The notes under the pieces were generated by a model, which saw only the letters and a list, made by a program, of their open reading frames with translations, was not told the DNA's origin and searched no databases. From Burkholderiaceae bacterium (GTDB lineage Bacteria > Pseudomonadota > Gammaproteobacteria > Burkholderiales > Burkholderiaceae): a stretch of 64,000 bases of DNA. Location: NCBI GenBank assembly GCA_947447945.1, contig CANFLR010000001.1:23299-87298 (forward strand). The letters run 5' to 3'. This document shows positions 9,985-19,335 of the stretch, piece after piece; the first letter of the stretch is position 1, and each line of letters starts with the position of its first letter. The position numbers and the translations under genes are program-made.

Positions 9985-10095
9985 CCCAGTTAGTATGTAC
10001 CCTAAATTGTCATAAAAAATATCTATATCAAAGATACAATGAAAATGCGTTATGGCGATCGGGCTTAACCAGCAACCTTTTATTTAGGAGTTATC

Positions 10096-10677
10096 TTGAA
10101 GAAATCATTTCTTACTGCACTATTTGTACCACTCGGTTTAACCATTGCATCCCTTGCCTTTGCGCAATTACCAGCCAAGATGATCCCTTTGGCAGCTGAT
10201 GTAGCGGTGATTAGCGCTACTGTAGATTCAGTTGACGCTAAAAAACGGATTGTTATGCTCAAAGATGCTAATGGTAATTTAGTTCAGATGAATGTATCCA
10301 AGCAGGTGAATGATTTGGATAAGGTAAAGAAAGGTGATGTATTTGTAGTTGAGCATGCGCAAGCAATTGCAGTTGGCTTAACAGCGGTTAGCAAGGATGC
10401 AAAACCAGGCGTTTCAGGTGTTCGCTCCCTTGTGATTTCTGGCAAAGGATCTGCCAAGCCTTTTGAAGAAAGCACAGACACTATTTATGCAACTGTAAAA
10501 ATTAGCACGATTGATGCTAAGACACGTATCGTGACTTTTACTTTACCTGGTGGTGAAAAGCAAAAGGTTAAAGTGGATCAAAGTGTTCTTGGTCTTGAGA
10601 AATTCAAAGCAGGTGATGATGTCATGATTGAATTTATTGATGACACAGCGATTGGCTTTGTAACTCCCAAGAAGTAA
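10096..10677 (+). CDS. Exported hypothetical protein with two tandem OB-fold-like repeats
   Basis: AGGAG RBS, TTG start, signal peptide; internal repeat (DAKKRIV..KKGD / DAKTRIV..KAGD). Confidence 0.75.
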   Translation: MKKSFLTALFVPLGLTIASLAFAQLPAKMIPLAADVAVISATVDSVDAKKRIVMLKDANGNLVQMNVSKQVNDLDKVKKGDVFVVEHAQAIAVGLTAVSKDAKPGVSGVRSLVISGKGSAKPFEESTDTIYATVKISTIDAKTRIVTFTLPGGEKQKVKVDQSVLGLEKFKAGDDVMIEFIDDTAIGFVTPKK

Positions 10678-10709
10678 GTCTTAAAGCAGAAGTATCTGCT
10701 GTAATTCAG

Positions 10710-10740
10710 AATGCCCCTTAGCTCACTAAGGGGCATTTTC
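10710..10740. terminator. Bidirectional terminator between convergent genes
   Basis: AATGCCCCTTAG-CTCA-CTAAGGGGCATT perfect 12-bp stem. Confidence 0.85.
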
Positions 10741-10760
10741 TTTGCGGCTTATTAGAGGCC

Positions 10761-11576
10761 TTATTTTTTGGCATTCGGGAAGAATAATGGTTCGCCACCC
10801 ACTTTGTAGGCTGCAATAGTATCTTGACCGTCTTTCGAAATCAGCCAATCAATAAAAGCTTGACCCTCAACTTTTTTAACTTGGGGGTATTTTGCAGGAT
10901 TCACTAGCATCACACCATATTGGTTAAATAGCTTAGGGTCGCCTTCAACTAGGATGGCTAGATCACCGCGATTCTTGAAGGTCAGCCACGTAGCGCGATC
11001 AGACAAAACGTAGCCGTTCATTGCTGATGCAGTATTGAGGGCTGGGCCCATGCCAGAGCCGGTTTCTCTATACCAAGACATGGATGGAGAAACCGTAATA
11101 CCAGCGTCTTTCCAATAGCGAAGTTCGGCTGCGTTCGTGCCGCTCTTGTCGCCTCGTGAAATAAATGGTGACTGACTACTGGCGATCTTCGCAAAAGCAG
11201 CCTGTATCTCTTTGCCACCACTAATTTTGGCTGGGTCTAACTTCGGTCCAATCAATACAAAGTCGTTGTACATCACCTCGTATCGTTTGGTGGAGTATCC
11301 CTCCGCAAGGAAGATTTCTTCTGCAGGTTTATCGTGAACAAATACAACATCAGCATCACCACGTCGAGCAATATCAAGAGCTTGTCCAGTCCCAACGGCA
11401 ACCACCTTTACCTGGATCCCAAACTTCTTTTCAAAGACAGGAAGTAGTTGACTAAAAAGACCGGATTGCTCAGTAGAGGTTGTGGAAGAAACCACAATGC
11501 TCTTCTCTTGGGCCAGGGCGATGACACTATTATTTAAAAAGAGGAGGGCAAGAATGCTTGAGCAGAGCTTTTTCAT
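10761..11576 (-). CDS. tupA: Tungstate ABC transporter substrate-binding protein
   Basis: STTSTEQSG, VGTGQAL, SRGDKSGT and SDRATW motifs typical of TupA. Confidence 0.88.
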   Translation of the reverse strand: MKKLCSSILALLFLNNSVIALAQEKSIVVSSTTSTEQSGLFSQLLPVFEKKFGIQVKVVAVGTGQALDIARRGDADVVFVHDKPAEEIFLAEGYSTKRYEVMYNDFVLIGPKLDPAKISGGKEIQAAFAKIASSQSPFISRGDKSGTNAAELRYWKDAGITVSPSMSWYRETGSGMGPALNTASAMNGYVLSDRATWLTFKNRGDLAILVEGDPKLFNQYGVMLVNPAKYPQVKKVEGQAFIDWLISKDGQDTIAAYKVGGEPLFFPNAKK

Positions 11577-11631
11577 CGGTACTTTTCTTGAAAAATTAAG
11601 ATAATATCATCGCATATCGATAAGTTAGGTA

Positions 11632-11652
11632 CCTATATAAAGTTTTATAAGG
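11632..11652. promoter_or_regulatory. Candidate ModE-like operator between divergent tupA and modA
   Basis: CC-TATAT-N7-TATAA-GG; 9/10 match to the TATAT-N7-TAYAT ModE core; context fits. Confidence 0.45.
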
Positions 11653-11691
11653 GCTTGGTTCTTTGGTTAGCATTTTCTGAGAGGGGTTCTG

Positions 11692-12450
11692 TTGTTAGTT
11701 TTGCTTCGTTGGATTTTCCTAGTGTTTATGCTAACTGGCGGGTCTGCGCAGGCTCAGACCGCATTGATAGCGGTTGCTGCCAATATGAAAGACGCCTTTA
11801 CTGAGATCAATGCTGCTTTTCAAGAAACTGGCAAGACAGACTTAAAGATCATTTATGGCTCATCCGGTAATTTTTATACACAGATCATGCACGGAGCCCC
11901 ATTTGATCTTTTGATTTCTGCCGATGAAAGTTTTCCATTGGAGCTCTATAAAAATGGAAAAACACCCAACGAAGGCAGGGTGTATGCCATTGGGAAGATG
12001 GTGATGTTGGTCAATAAATCTTCCGGCATCAAACTTGGTACAAATCGAACCGAATTGCTAAATGCCCTAGCAAAAGCCAATAAGGTGGTTATTGCCAAGC
12101 CTGACTTGGCGCCCTATGGTAGGGCAGCAGTTGCGTATTTGAAGGCCGAGGGTCTTTGGGAGTCCACCAAGAATAAATTGGTTTATGCCGATAACATCGG
12201 CATGGCGACGATGTTTGTTGCCTCTGGCGCTGCAGCCATAGGATTAACTGCGCTGTCTTTAGCAAGGTCTCCAGAGCTTGCTAAAGAAACAAATTATCTT
12301 GAGCTTAACGAGAAGCTGTATCCGCCGATTTACCAGAGAATGGTTCTGATCAAAGGTGCTGCCCAGGGGGCGGTAGACTTATACGCCTTTCTACAAACTA
12401 CGCAGGCTAAAAACATATTACTCAAATATGGGTACACTTACCCCCAATAG
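11692..12450 (+). CDS. modA: Molybdate ABC transporter substrate-binding protein
   Basis: AVAANM, YGSSG, GAPFDL..SAD and APYGRAA motifs. Confidence 0.9.
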   Translation: MLVLLRWIFLVFMLTGGSAQAQTALIAVAANMKDAFTEINAAFQETGKTDLKIIYGSSGNFYTQIMHGAPFDLLISADESFPLELYKNGKTPNEGRVYAIGKMVMLVNKSSGIKLGTNRTELLNALAKANKVVIAKPDLAPYGRAAVAYLKAEGLWESTKNKLVYADNIGMATMFVASGAAAIGLTALSLARSPELAKETNYLELNEKLYPPIYQRMVLIKGAAQGAVDLYAFLQTTQAKNILLKYGYTYPQ

Positions 12451-12462
12451 GCATTGGCCCTT

Positions 12463-12492
12463 AATCCCTATGTAAACCCTAATAGGGATTTT
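12463..12492 (+). terminator. Hairpin/terminator after modA
   Basis: AATCCCTAT-N10-ATAGGGATT followed by TT. Confidence 0.5.
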
Positions 12493-12504
12493 ACTCTAAC
12501 TCAC

Positions 12505-12518
12505 TTGATAATAATCAA
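12505..12518. promoter_or_regulatory. FNR/CRP-FNR family binding site upstream of the OFA transporter
   Basis: Perfect TTGAT-AATA-ATCAA, extended palindrome ACTTGAT..ATCAAGT; a TAAAGT -10 at 12542-12547 gives class II (-41.5/-42.5) geometry. Confidence 0.75.
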
Positions 12519-12634
12519 GTAGAACTGTTGGGATAGTTTTTTAAAGTACCGTGTTTGTAGATCAGAGTTATTAGCGTAGTAGTGGACATTCATGTATGAA
12601 TAAAAATAGTATGCCCACCTTAAAAGGAGACACC

Positions 12635-14272
12635 ATGTTTCATTTGTTAGATAAAGAGAGAACGATTGCAGGCCCTGGATTCAATCGCTGGTTGGTCCCG
12701 CCGGCAGCACTTGCAATTCACTTATGCATTGGCATGGCCTATGGCTTTTCAGTCTTTTGGCTGCCATTATCTAAAGCGCTTGGGGTCTCTCAGGGATTAA
12801 CCGAGGCAATCAAGTGTGCGCCAGATGTTGGCTTCATTGGGCAGTTATTTACGACTACCTGTGATTGGCAGATTTCCACCTTAGGCTGGATGTATACCTT
12901 GTTCTTCGTATTTCTTGGTGTGTCTGCTGCAATTTGGGGTGGATGGTTGGAACGCGTTGGGCCTCGTAAAGCCGGTGTGGTTTCTGCTTTCTGCTGGTGT
13001 GGCGGCATGCTCTTTTCTGCGTTGGGTGTTTATCTCCATCAATTTTGGATGATGATCTTGGGGTCGGGCGTCATTGGCGGCATTGGTCTGGGTCTTGGCT
13101 ACATCTCCCCAGTCTCAACCCTAATTAAGTGGTTTCCAGATCGGCGCGGTATGGCAACTGGTATGGCAATTATGGGTTTTGGTGGCGGCGCTATGATTGG
13201 TTCACCATTGGCTGCTCTACTCATGAAGAATTTCTCCTCACCAACAGATGTTGGCGTAATGCAAACTTTCATTGTGATGGCTTTGGGTTATTTTGTTTAC
13301 ATGATGTGCGGTGCATTTGGTTACCGTATTCCTGCAAGTGATTGGAAGCCAGAGGGTTGGACAGCTCCAGCTGCTCAAACTAGCAACGCCATGATCACAA
13401 CCCGCAGTGTGAATGTTAAAAAAGTATGGGGCATTCCACAGTTTTGGCTGGTTTGGATGGTACTTTGTATGAATGTGTCTGCTGGTATTGGTGTTATTGG
13501 CATGGCTTCACCAATGTTGCAAGAGATTTTTGCGGGCAGTCTGATTGGTGTCACTCAAACCTTCACAGAACTCGATAAGACCCAATTAACTGCGATTGCC
13601 GGAATTGCGGCTGGTTTTACCGCGCTGCTTAGTCTCTTTAACATTGGCGGTCGGTTCTTCTGGGCAAGCTTGTCAGATAAGTTGGGGCGTAAGCTAACCT
13701 ACATCATCTTCTTTGTGCTGGGTGGTATTTTGTACTTTAGCGTCCCTAGCAGTGCAGCCGCAGGCAACCTTGCTTTATTTGTTGGCGCATTTTGCATTAT
13801 CTTAAGTATGTATGGTGGTGGGTTCGCAACTGTACCAGCGTACCTTGCAGACTTATTTGGCACTCAAATGGTTGGCGCTATTCACGGTCGTTTATTAACT
13901 GCATGGGCTACGGCAGGTATTTTGGGTCCAGTAGTGGTGAACTACATGCGCGACTATCAATTGAGCCTAGGCTTGCCGCGTGCACAGGTTTATAACCAAA
14001 CGATGTATATCTTGGTTGGCATGCTTGCTATTGGCTTAATCTGTAATTTAATGGTCCGTCCAGTTGCTGATAAATGGTTTATGACCGATGCCGAACTTGC
14101 AGAAGAAAAGCGTCTGGCTCATGAAAAAGCACTTAGCTCTGTAGTCTCTGGCGGTGGTGGTGCTGAGAAAACCTCATCATTGACTGTGCTGCTAGCCTGG
14201 GCAGCGGTAGGAATTCCATTGTCCTGGGGCATCTACAAAACATTCTTAAGCGCTATGAAATTATTCACTTAA
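12635..14272 (+). CDS. OFA family (oxalate/formate antiporter-like) MFS transporter
   Basis: HLCIGMAY, KWFPDRRG.ATG.AIMGFGGG and GRFFWASLSDKLGRK motifs; AAGGAG RBS before ATG 12635; extra C-terminal TM (LAWAAVGIPLSWG). Confidence 0.9.
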   Translation: MFHLLDKERTIAGPGFNRWLVPPAALAIHLCIGMAYGFSVFWLPLSKALGVSQGLTEAIKCAPDVGFIGQLFTTTCDWQISTLGWMYTLFFVFLGVSAAIWGGWLERVGPRKAGVVSAFCWCGGMLFSALGVYLHQFWMMILGSGVIGGIGLGLGYISPVSTLIKWFPDRRGMATGMAIMGFGGGAMIGSPLAALLMKNFSSPTDVGVMQTFIVMALGYFVYMMCGAFGYRIPASDWKPEGWTAPAAQTSNAMITTRSVNVKKVWGIPQFWLVWMVLCMNVSAGIGVIGMASPMLQEIFAGSLIGVTQTFTELDKTQLTAIAGIAAGFTALLSLFNIGGRFFWASLSDKLGRKLTYIIFFVLGGILYFSVPSSAAAGNLALFVGAFCIILSMYGGGFATVPAYLADLFGTQMVGAIHGRLLTAWATAGILGPVVVNYMRDYQLSLGLPRAQVYNQTMYILVGMLAIGLICNLMVRPVADKWFMTDAELAEEKRLAHEKALSSVVSGGGGAEKTSSLTVLLAWAAVGIPLSWGIYKTFLSAMKLFT

Positions 14273-14291
14273 TAAAAATATTGGTGCTCTT

Positions 14292-14317
14292 AAACCACCC
14301 TGCGGGGTGGTTTTTTT
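14292..14317 (+). terminator. Rho-independent terminator
   Basis: AAACCACCC-TGCG-GGGTGG followed by T7. Confidence 0.85.
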
Positions 14318-14323
14318 ATTTCT

Positions 14324-14950
14324 TCACTCGGGTTTTTGCATTAGCTCGTACATCGCTTGTAAATTTTTAGCAGATGCTTTTTGGAGTTCACTTACTACAC
14401 CAGTGTATTCCGCCGGAGTGCGATTTTGGCTAAGTTTAAATTTGCCAACTGAGCTGTTTACGTTAATCTCAATACCGATGATAGCTCTGAGCATCATTTG
14501 GACATACTCCTCTGGGGCGTCATCTAATTTCCAGTGGGATTGATAAGTAGGCTCATGAGTATCTGTCATCTGGGAAACGTGTTGTCGTATCCAGTTTGCA
14601 TCCTTGATGAGGCTAAGATTACCTTGCACATGAACAACCGCATAATTCCATGTGGGAACAACTTTGCCAGTTTCCTGTTTGGTGGGATACCAAGCGGGAG
14701 TAATGTAGGCATGAGGACCATGAAAGACTGCGGTGACTGAGTGATTTTCTTGCTCAGCAACTTTGACTAGTGGATTGGTCTTGGCAATATGGCCAAAAAG
14801 GGTTCTACCATCCTCACTCATCATTAAGGGGAGGTGGTTAATTTCAAGATTGCCATCTAGATTCCCAATAAGTGTTGCTAGTGGGTGATGTTTGATGAGC
14901 TGTGCAAGCACTTTGGGGTCATCTACTTGAAAGTGTTTTGGTAGATACAT
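14324..14950 (-). CDS. PaiB-family FMN-binding negative transcriptional regulator-like protein
   Basis: MYLPKHF, GHIAKTNP, HAYITP.WY, VPTWNY and KFKLSQNR motifs. Confidence 0.9.
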   Translation of the reverse strand: MYLPKHFQVDDPKVLAQLIKHHPLATLIGNLDGNLEINHLPLMMSEDGRTLFGHIAKTNPLVKVAEQENHSVTAVFHGPHAYITPAWYPTKQETGKVVPTWNYAVVHVQGNLSLIKDANWIRQHVSQMTDTHEPTYQSHWKLDDAPEEYVQMMLRAIIGIEINVNSSVGKFKLSQNRTPAEYTGVVSELQKASAKNLQAMYELMQKPE

Positions 14951-15044
14951 ATGGGGCAGTCAATGGTTTGAAGGGTATTGCTACAGTTAAGAACATATCA
15001 GAAATCAGCATCTAATCGATGGTATTTCATTTGATTCGCCTATT

Positions 15045-15063
15045 TTTAATGATAATCATTATC
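15045..15063. promoter_or_regulatory. Fur box 1 upstream of feoA
   Basis: TTTAATGATAATCATTATC, 17/19 match to GATAATGATAATCATTATC. Confidence 0.9.
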
Positions 15064-15075
15064 AATTGTTAGGTA

Positions 15076-15094
15076 TATAATGAGAATCGTTCTT
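15076..15094. promoter_or_regulatory. Fur box 2, overlapping a TATAAT -10 element
   Basis: TATAATGAGAATCGTTCTT, 14/19 match to the Fur consensus. Confidence 0.65.
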
Positions 15095-15122
15095 ATTAAA
15101 TCGTCAAAAGTGATACATCGCG

Positions 15123-15368
15123 ATGTTTTTAGATCAAGTCGATATCAATTGGCCCTGCAGAGTTAGTGGGGTGAGTACCCCTCAAGGCGCTTCCCAAATC
15201 AAGGGGCAGTTGGAAGACATCGGCTTTCTCCCCGGAGAGCAAGTTACCCTATTGCGCAAAGGCCTGCTTGGAAGGGGTCCGTATATGGTCCGTGTGGGCG
15301 CTTCTACCTTTGCTTTGCGTCAATCCGAAGCCTGCATGATTGAAGTTGAGTGTGAGCACAATGTCTGA
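15123..15368 (+). CDS. feoA: Ferrous iron transport protein A
   Basis: L..IGFLPGEQV...FALRQSEA FeoA pattern; directly upstream of feoB. Confidence 0.9.
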   Translation: MFLDQVDINWPCRVSGVSTPQGASQIKGQLEDIGFLPGEQVTLLRKGLLGRGPYMVRVGASTFALRQSEACMIEVECEHNV

Positions 15369-17274
15369 ATCTAAGGTTCACTTTTTCCCGAATGAGCCGC
15401 TAGTTGCGCTACTGGGGAATCCTAATTGCGGCAAGACAGCACTGTTCAACTTATTAACTGGTAGCCGTCAAAAGGTCGCGAATTACTCAGGCGTCACTGT
15501 TGAGCGTAAGGAGGGGCGCCTTAGCCTAGAGTCAGGCAAGCAGATTCGCGTATTGGATTTACCGGGGGCATACAGTCTTTACCCAAGGTCCTTAGACGAA
15601 AAAGTGACCTGCAATGTTCTGCTTGGTAGAGCTGAAGGAGAGAAGAGGCCCGACCTGGTTATTTGTATTTTGAGCGCCATGAATCTGCGTCGTAATTTGC
15701 GCTTGGTGCTTGCTGCAAAGCGCTTGGGCTTGCCTTGTGTAGTGGTATTAAACATGTTGGATATTGCCAAGCGTCAAGGTTTAGAGATTGATACAGTTGC
15801 TTTATCTCAAGAGCTTGGCTTACCAGTACTAACCAGCATTGGCATTCAGGCGCACGGTGCTGATGAGATTAAGGATTTTCTCAATCAATTGGATTGGCAT
15901 GATCTTCATTCAATGCGCACGGGAACGAGCGATGCTACCTTAGAGAATGTGGCCTCACATATCGCCCATTCTGAATCTGACAATATTCAAGTGCAGCGGA
16001 TTCTTCGCAGCCTGAACTTAGACCAAATTATTCCTGATCGTTTGAGTGATCGTTTAGATGCTGTGTTGCTTCATCCCATTATTGGCCCAATCATTTTGAC
16101 AGTCCTGCTGTTCTTGATCTTTCAAGCAGTCTTTAGCTGGGCAACTTTGCCAATGGATTTAATTAAAAGCGCGATTGAATATTTTGGCGGTCAGTTGGGG
16201 GATTTGTTGCCTAATAATTGGGTGCGCAGCCTATTGATTGACGGTGTGCTTGCTGGACTTGGTGGCGTAGTAATTTTCTTGCCGCAAATTCTGATCTTGT
16301 TCTTCTTTATCTTGCTGTTGGAAGAGTCTGGTTATTTGCCACGTGCCGCTTACTTATTGGACCGCGTGATGGGCTCAGTTGGCTTATCTGGTCGATCTTT
16401 TATTCCTTTGCTTTCTAGCTTTGCCTGCGCTATCCCGGGAATTATGGCAACTAGAAGCATTTCAAATGCGCGGGATCGAATGGTAACGATTTTGATTGCG
16501 CCAATGATGACGTGTTCTGCCCGACTGCCAGTCTATGCACTACTAATATCTGCTTTTATACCGGAGAGAAAACTGTGGGCAGGAATGGATTTGCAAGGAT
16601 TAGTTTTGTTTTTACTCTATCTTGCTGGGATTTTCGGGGCCATGGGGGTGGCATGGGTATTGAAGCGATTTACTAGCGAGCACTTCAAAATGAATGCATT
16701 GATGATGGAGTTGCCTAGTTATCACATGCCACGTTTGGGTAATTTAGCCATCAGCCTATGGCAGCGGGCAGAAATTTTTCTGCGTCGGGTTGGTGGAATC
16801 ATTTTGATCATGACCTTAGCGCTTTGGGTTTTATCCAGCTTTCCCTTGCCCCCTGGAGGTGCGACTGGCTCACCAATTCAATACAGTATTGCCGGTATGT
16901 TAGGGCAGGGTCTGGCCTATCTCTTTGCTCCTATTGGATTTAATTGGCAAATCAGCATTGCTTTAGTGCCCGGTATGGCAGCGCGTGAAGTAGTGGTGAG
17001 CTCCCTCGCAACAGTTTATGCCCTATCAAGTTCTAGCGCTAATGCTGCCGATGCATTGGTTCCTTTAATTTCTTCAACCTGGTCTTTAGCTACAGCTCTC
17101 TCTTTGTTGGCATGGTTTGTTTTTGCGCCACAATGCCTATCGACGATAGCCGCAGTCAAGCGTGAAACTGGTAGCTGGAAGGTGCCCATCATCATGTTGA
17201 GCTATCTTTTTGGTTTGGCTTACCTTGCCTCATTCTTGACCTATCAATTGGCGCTTTTTTTTGGGGCGGGGTAA
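15361..17274 (+). CDS. feoB: Ferrous iron transport protein B
   Basis: G1 GNPNCGKT, VANYSGVTVE, DLPGAY, NMLD; membrane gate motifs FACAIP and CSARLP; ATG 15361 overlaps the feoA end. Confidence 0.95.
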   Translation: MSESKVHFFPNEPLVALLGNPNCGKTALFNLLTGSRQKVANYSGVTVERKEGRLSLESGKQIRVLDLPGAYSLYPRSLDEKVTCNVLLGRAEGEKRPDLVICILSAMNLRRNLRLVLAAKRLGLPCVVVLNMLDIAKRQGLEIDTVALSQELGLPVLTSIGIQAHGADEIKDFLNQLDWHDLHSMRTGTSDATLENVASHIAHSESDNIQVQRILRSLNLDQIIPDRLSDRLDAVLLHPIIGPIILTVLLFLIFQAVFSWATLPMDLIKSAIEYFGGQLGDLLPNNWVRSLLIDGVLAGLGGVVIFLPQILILFFFILLLEESGYLPRAAYLLDRVMGSVGLSGRSFIPLLSSFACAIPGIMATRSISNARDRMVTILIAPMMTCSARLPVYALLISAFIPERKLWAGMDLQGLVLFLLYLAGIFGAMGVAWVLKRFTSEHFKMNALMMELPSYHMPRLGNLAISLWQRAEIFLRRVGGIILIMTLALWVLSSFPLPPGGATGSPIQYSIAGMLGQGLAYLFAPIGFNWQISIALVPGMAAREVVVSSLATVYALSSSSANAADALVPLISSTWSLATALSLLAWFVFAPQCLSTIAAVKRETGSWKVPIIMLSYLFGLAYLASFLTYQLALFFGAG

Positions 17275-17374
17275 ACTCAATTTTTACACAGCATCATTTT
17301 TGGGTATGATTTACGATGCAATCATTCGCTAAGCTTGGCTCTATAGCAGTGATCTTTTTATAGGCTCTTCTAAT

Positions 17375-18274
17375 ATGATTAAAAATAGCAAAATTCTGTC
17401 AATTCTCAATACCGATGGATCAGAGACCTTGGGCGTAGTCACATCTAGAGGTGTCATTGATGTGCGTGCCGTTGCTAACAAGATGAAGATTGATGCTCCC
17501 TTAACCCTTGATCAATTGTTGCAGGAAGGTAATACCGCGGGATTTGATAGTGTGGTTGCTCACGCTGATCAGTCGGGCGTTGCATATTTAAACGAAGCCA
17601 ACATTACCTTTGGCCGTCTCTTTAAAAATCCGGGAAAAATTATTTGTGTGGGCCTGAACTATCGAGGACATGCTGATGAGGTCGGAATGGCTCGCCCTCA
17701 TGTGCCACCTTTATTTAATAAGTACAACAATAGTTTGGCGGCCCATCAATGTGTTTTGAAAATTCCTCCTCCCGAAGTCTCCCATAAGCTTGACTATGAG
17801 ACTGAGCTCCTGATCGTGGTAGGCAAGAAGATGCGTAACGTCTCTGAAGCTGATGCCTTAAGTTATGTTGCAGGTTATTGCAATGCGAATGATTTTTCAT
17901 CGCGCGATATTCAGCTTGAACTTCCTAGCGGCCAATGGATGATTGGTAAAACTTTGGATCAGTACGCGCCGATTGGCCCCTATTTTGTGACTGCTGATTT
18001 AGTGGGTGATCCCAACAATCTGCAATTGCAAACCTTTGTGAATGGTGAGATGCGTCAGAATTCTAATACGGCGGATTTTATTCATAACACTCAAAAGATG
18101 TTGTCTTACATTAGCACTTATTGGGCGCTTGAGCCCGGCGATATTATTTTTACAGGAACACCTCAGGGTGTTATTGCGGGGATGCCAAAAGATAAACAAG
18201 TCTGGCTGAAGAAGGGCGACAAAGTTGTCAGTCGTATTGAGAAGTTAGGCGACCTAGAATTTACTTTAGGCTAA
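17375..18274 (+). CDS. Fumarylacetoacetate hydrolase (FAH) family protein
   Basis: KIICVGLNY, DYETEL, ANDFSSRD and PGDIIFTGTP motifs. Confidence 0.9.
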   Translation: MIKNSKILSILNTDGSETLGVVTSRGVIDVRAVANKMKIDAPLTLDQLLQEGNTAGFDSVVAHADQSGVAYLNEANITFGRLFKNPGKIICVGLNYRGHADEVGMARPHVPPLFNKYNNSLAAHQCVLKIPPPEVSHKLDYETELLIVVGKKMRNVSEADALSYVAGYCNANDFSSRDIQLELPSGQWMIGKTLDQYAPIGPYFVTADLVGDPNNLQLQTFVNGEMRQNSNTADFIHNTQKMLSYISTYWALEPGDIIFTGTPQGVIAGMPKDKQVWLKKGDKVVSRIEKLGDLEFTLG

Positions 18275-18293
18275 TGCCTACTATATTTGAGTG

Positions 18294-18325
18294 AACCCCT
18301 CGACACTTTTTCGTGTGGAGGGGTT
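18294..18325. terminator. Hairpin between convergent FAH genes
   Basis: AACCCCTC..ACAC-loop-GTGT..GAGGGGTT. Confidence 0.6.
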
Positions 18326-18340
18326 GTAACTCTAGTAGCC

Positions 18341-19228
18341 TTACTCGGCTATAAAAGTATTTTCTAGTTTGCCGATACCACCCATTTCTACAACGACTAC
18401 ATCCCCATTGACTAGATACTTAGGGGGTTTAAAGCCAATACCAACACCTACCGGAGTACCTGTTGCAATGATATCTCCAGGATAAAGAGTGATACCAGCA
18501 GAAACGGTGGCAATCATATTAGGGATATCAAAAATCAAATCCTTAGTATTGGAGTTTTGACGGAGTTCGCCGTTTACCCAACATTTCACAGAAATGTCTT
18601 CTGCGTTTACTTGGTCCGCTGAAACTACCCAAGGACCCATAGGGCAGAAAGTATCAAAGCTTTTTCCAAGGAACCACTGCTTATGGCGTTGTTGCCAGTC
18701 TCGAGCAGTAACATCATTAATGGCGGTATAGCCCCAGACATGTTTCATCGCATCGGCCTCACTAATACCTTTGCCACCCCGACCAATGATGATAGTGAGT
18801 TCAGCTTCATAGTCAATCGCCGTTGAAACAGCTGTTGGGATAATGACATTTGTGTTTGGTCCAGTGACAGACTCTGGCGGCTTGGTAAAGAAGATCGCAT
18901 GAGATGGTATGTCTTCGCCAGGTTTGGCGCTACCATCAAATCCGCTGTTTGAGAATTCTTTGGCATGCTCATGATAGTTTTTACCAACGCAGAAAATATT
19001 TCTTCTGGGTCTTGGAACGGGGGCCAGTAAACGAATAGTACTCAAGTCGTGAGTGGCGAAAGGTTTTGGTAATTTATCTGCTAGGTCTGCGCGTAAAATA
19101 GCAACGACACCATCCTCACTAACATCGACCCCTAAATCAAATTCTTCGACAGTTTTACCATCGGCCGAAATAGAGCCAACACGGGTTTTTTGTGGGTCAT
19201 TTAGCAAGGAAAAGGCAGCGTATTTCAT
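18341..19228 (-). CDS. FAH family protein
   Basis: NIFCVGKNY, DYEAEL, NDVTARD, GKSFDTF and PGDIIATGTP motifs; start at 19228 (MKYAAF) after GGAG. Confidence 0.9.
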   Translation of the reverse strand: MKYAAFSLLNDPQKTRVGSISADGKTVEEFDLGVDVSEDGVVAILRADLADKLPKPFATHDLSTIRLLAPVPRPRRNIFCVGKNYHEHAKEFSNSGFDGSAKPGEDIPSHAIFFTKPPESVTGPNTNVIIPTAVSTAIDYEAELTIIIGRGGKGISEADAMKHVWGYTAINDVTARDWQQRHKQWFLGKSFDTFCPMGPWVVSADQVNAEDISVKCWVNGELRQNSNTKDLIFDIPNMIATVSAGITLYPGDIIATGTPVGVGIGFKPPKYLVNGDVVVVEMGGIGKLENTFIAE

Positions 19229-19335
19229 GATTAATATCTCCAGTGGGGTCAAGGTCTAAGGTGGCCCACAGTTAAGTTATATAGTCCAAATGTGTAGTAG
19301 GATTAAAGAAATCAAATAATAACGAAATTAATACC

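Noticed and set aside
10007-10024. TTGTCATAAAA resembling a Pho box
   Set aside because: Only one half-site; the second repeat (ATATCT) does not match and the context is not phosphate-related
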